Of a stretch of DNA of 64,000 nt, positions 63,652 through 64,000 are shown piece after piece. The stretch comes from Epiperipatus broadwayi (lineage: Eukaryota > Animalia > Onychophora). Location of the stretch: contig JAQFVV010000003.1 of assembly GCA_028023455.1 (NCBI GenBank), positions 18,042,001 to 18,106,000 on the forward strand, read 5' to 3'. The notes beneath the pieces were generated by a model that did not search any database, was not told where the DNA came from, and was given only the letters and a program-made list of their open reading frames with translations. Positions within the stretch are counted from its first letter, which is position 1; each line of letters starts with the position of its first letter. A program made the translations under genes and the position numbers.

Positions 63652-64000
63652 TCACACGCAGGTGATTAAGGGATAATTTACATTAAGTTTGGGTTCACAC
63701 GCAAGTGATGGTTTTAGATATATAATTCTTTATAGCTGAGTTTTACATAACTTGGTTTACATATATAGGTGGTATGTGAAATCACTCGCAGGTGACATTA
63801 AGTTTCTAGTTACAAATTATCGGGTTTCTTACATATATGTCTATCACTCATAGGTGATAATTTAATATTTATACACTTCTGGTTTATATATATATATATA
63901 GCTTTTTAATCACTCGCAGGTGATATTAATTTCTAGGTTACCAATATTTAATTTACCTAGCTATATATATGAATCTATCACTCACAGGTGATGAAATTAT
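63652..64000 (+). repeat. Array of (A)TCAC(A/T)CGCAGGTGA(T) motifs separated by variable AT-rich spacers, running off the window end
   Basis: TCAC starts at 63652, 63695, 63782, 63844, 63910 and 63978. Units 3/5 and 4/6 resemble each other. Confidence 0.85.

Noticed and set aside
63652-64000. CRISPR array interpretation (also considered for 41452-41592)
   Set aside because: Eukaryotic context, no cas genes, repeats only about 15 nt, and spacers are related to one another.

Overview
A very AT-rich, CpG-depleted eukaryotic window, probably from an invertebrate animal (inference; no taxon can be assigned). I find no intact protein-coding gene, and most of the window looks intronic or intergenic with many decayed transposons. 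(1) A non-coding repeat family with a ~450-nt monomer occurs at nine loci and carries a minimal type I hammerhead ribozyme (HHR). It appears as 1.1-mer tandems and as head-to-head foldbacks whose two outer ends stop at two recurrent, different termini, like Penelope pseudo-LTRs or retrozymes. (2) Two further HHR families are present: one canonical copy at 50706-50747 and decayed copies at 8541 and 18992. There is also a Penelope-type GIY-YIG endonuclease remnant. (3) A 9.8-kb unit (19331-29106) has two ~3.6-kb TG...CA direct repeats, sits in a (TA)n tract, and encloses a decayed titin/twitchin-like Ig-FN3-Ig fragment rather than gag/pol. (4) Other features are an RTE-clade LINE remnant at the left edge, further LINE, LTR and DNA-transposon debris, large foldbacks at 12.2 kb and 39.1 kb, a 42-bp phased repeat, a CAGGTG-motif array at the right edge, and a CpG-rich promoter-like patch near 56.1 kb. 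All alignments, translations and folds were done by eye.
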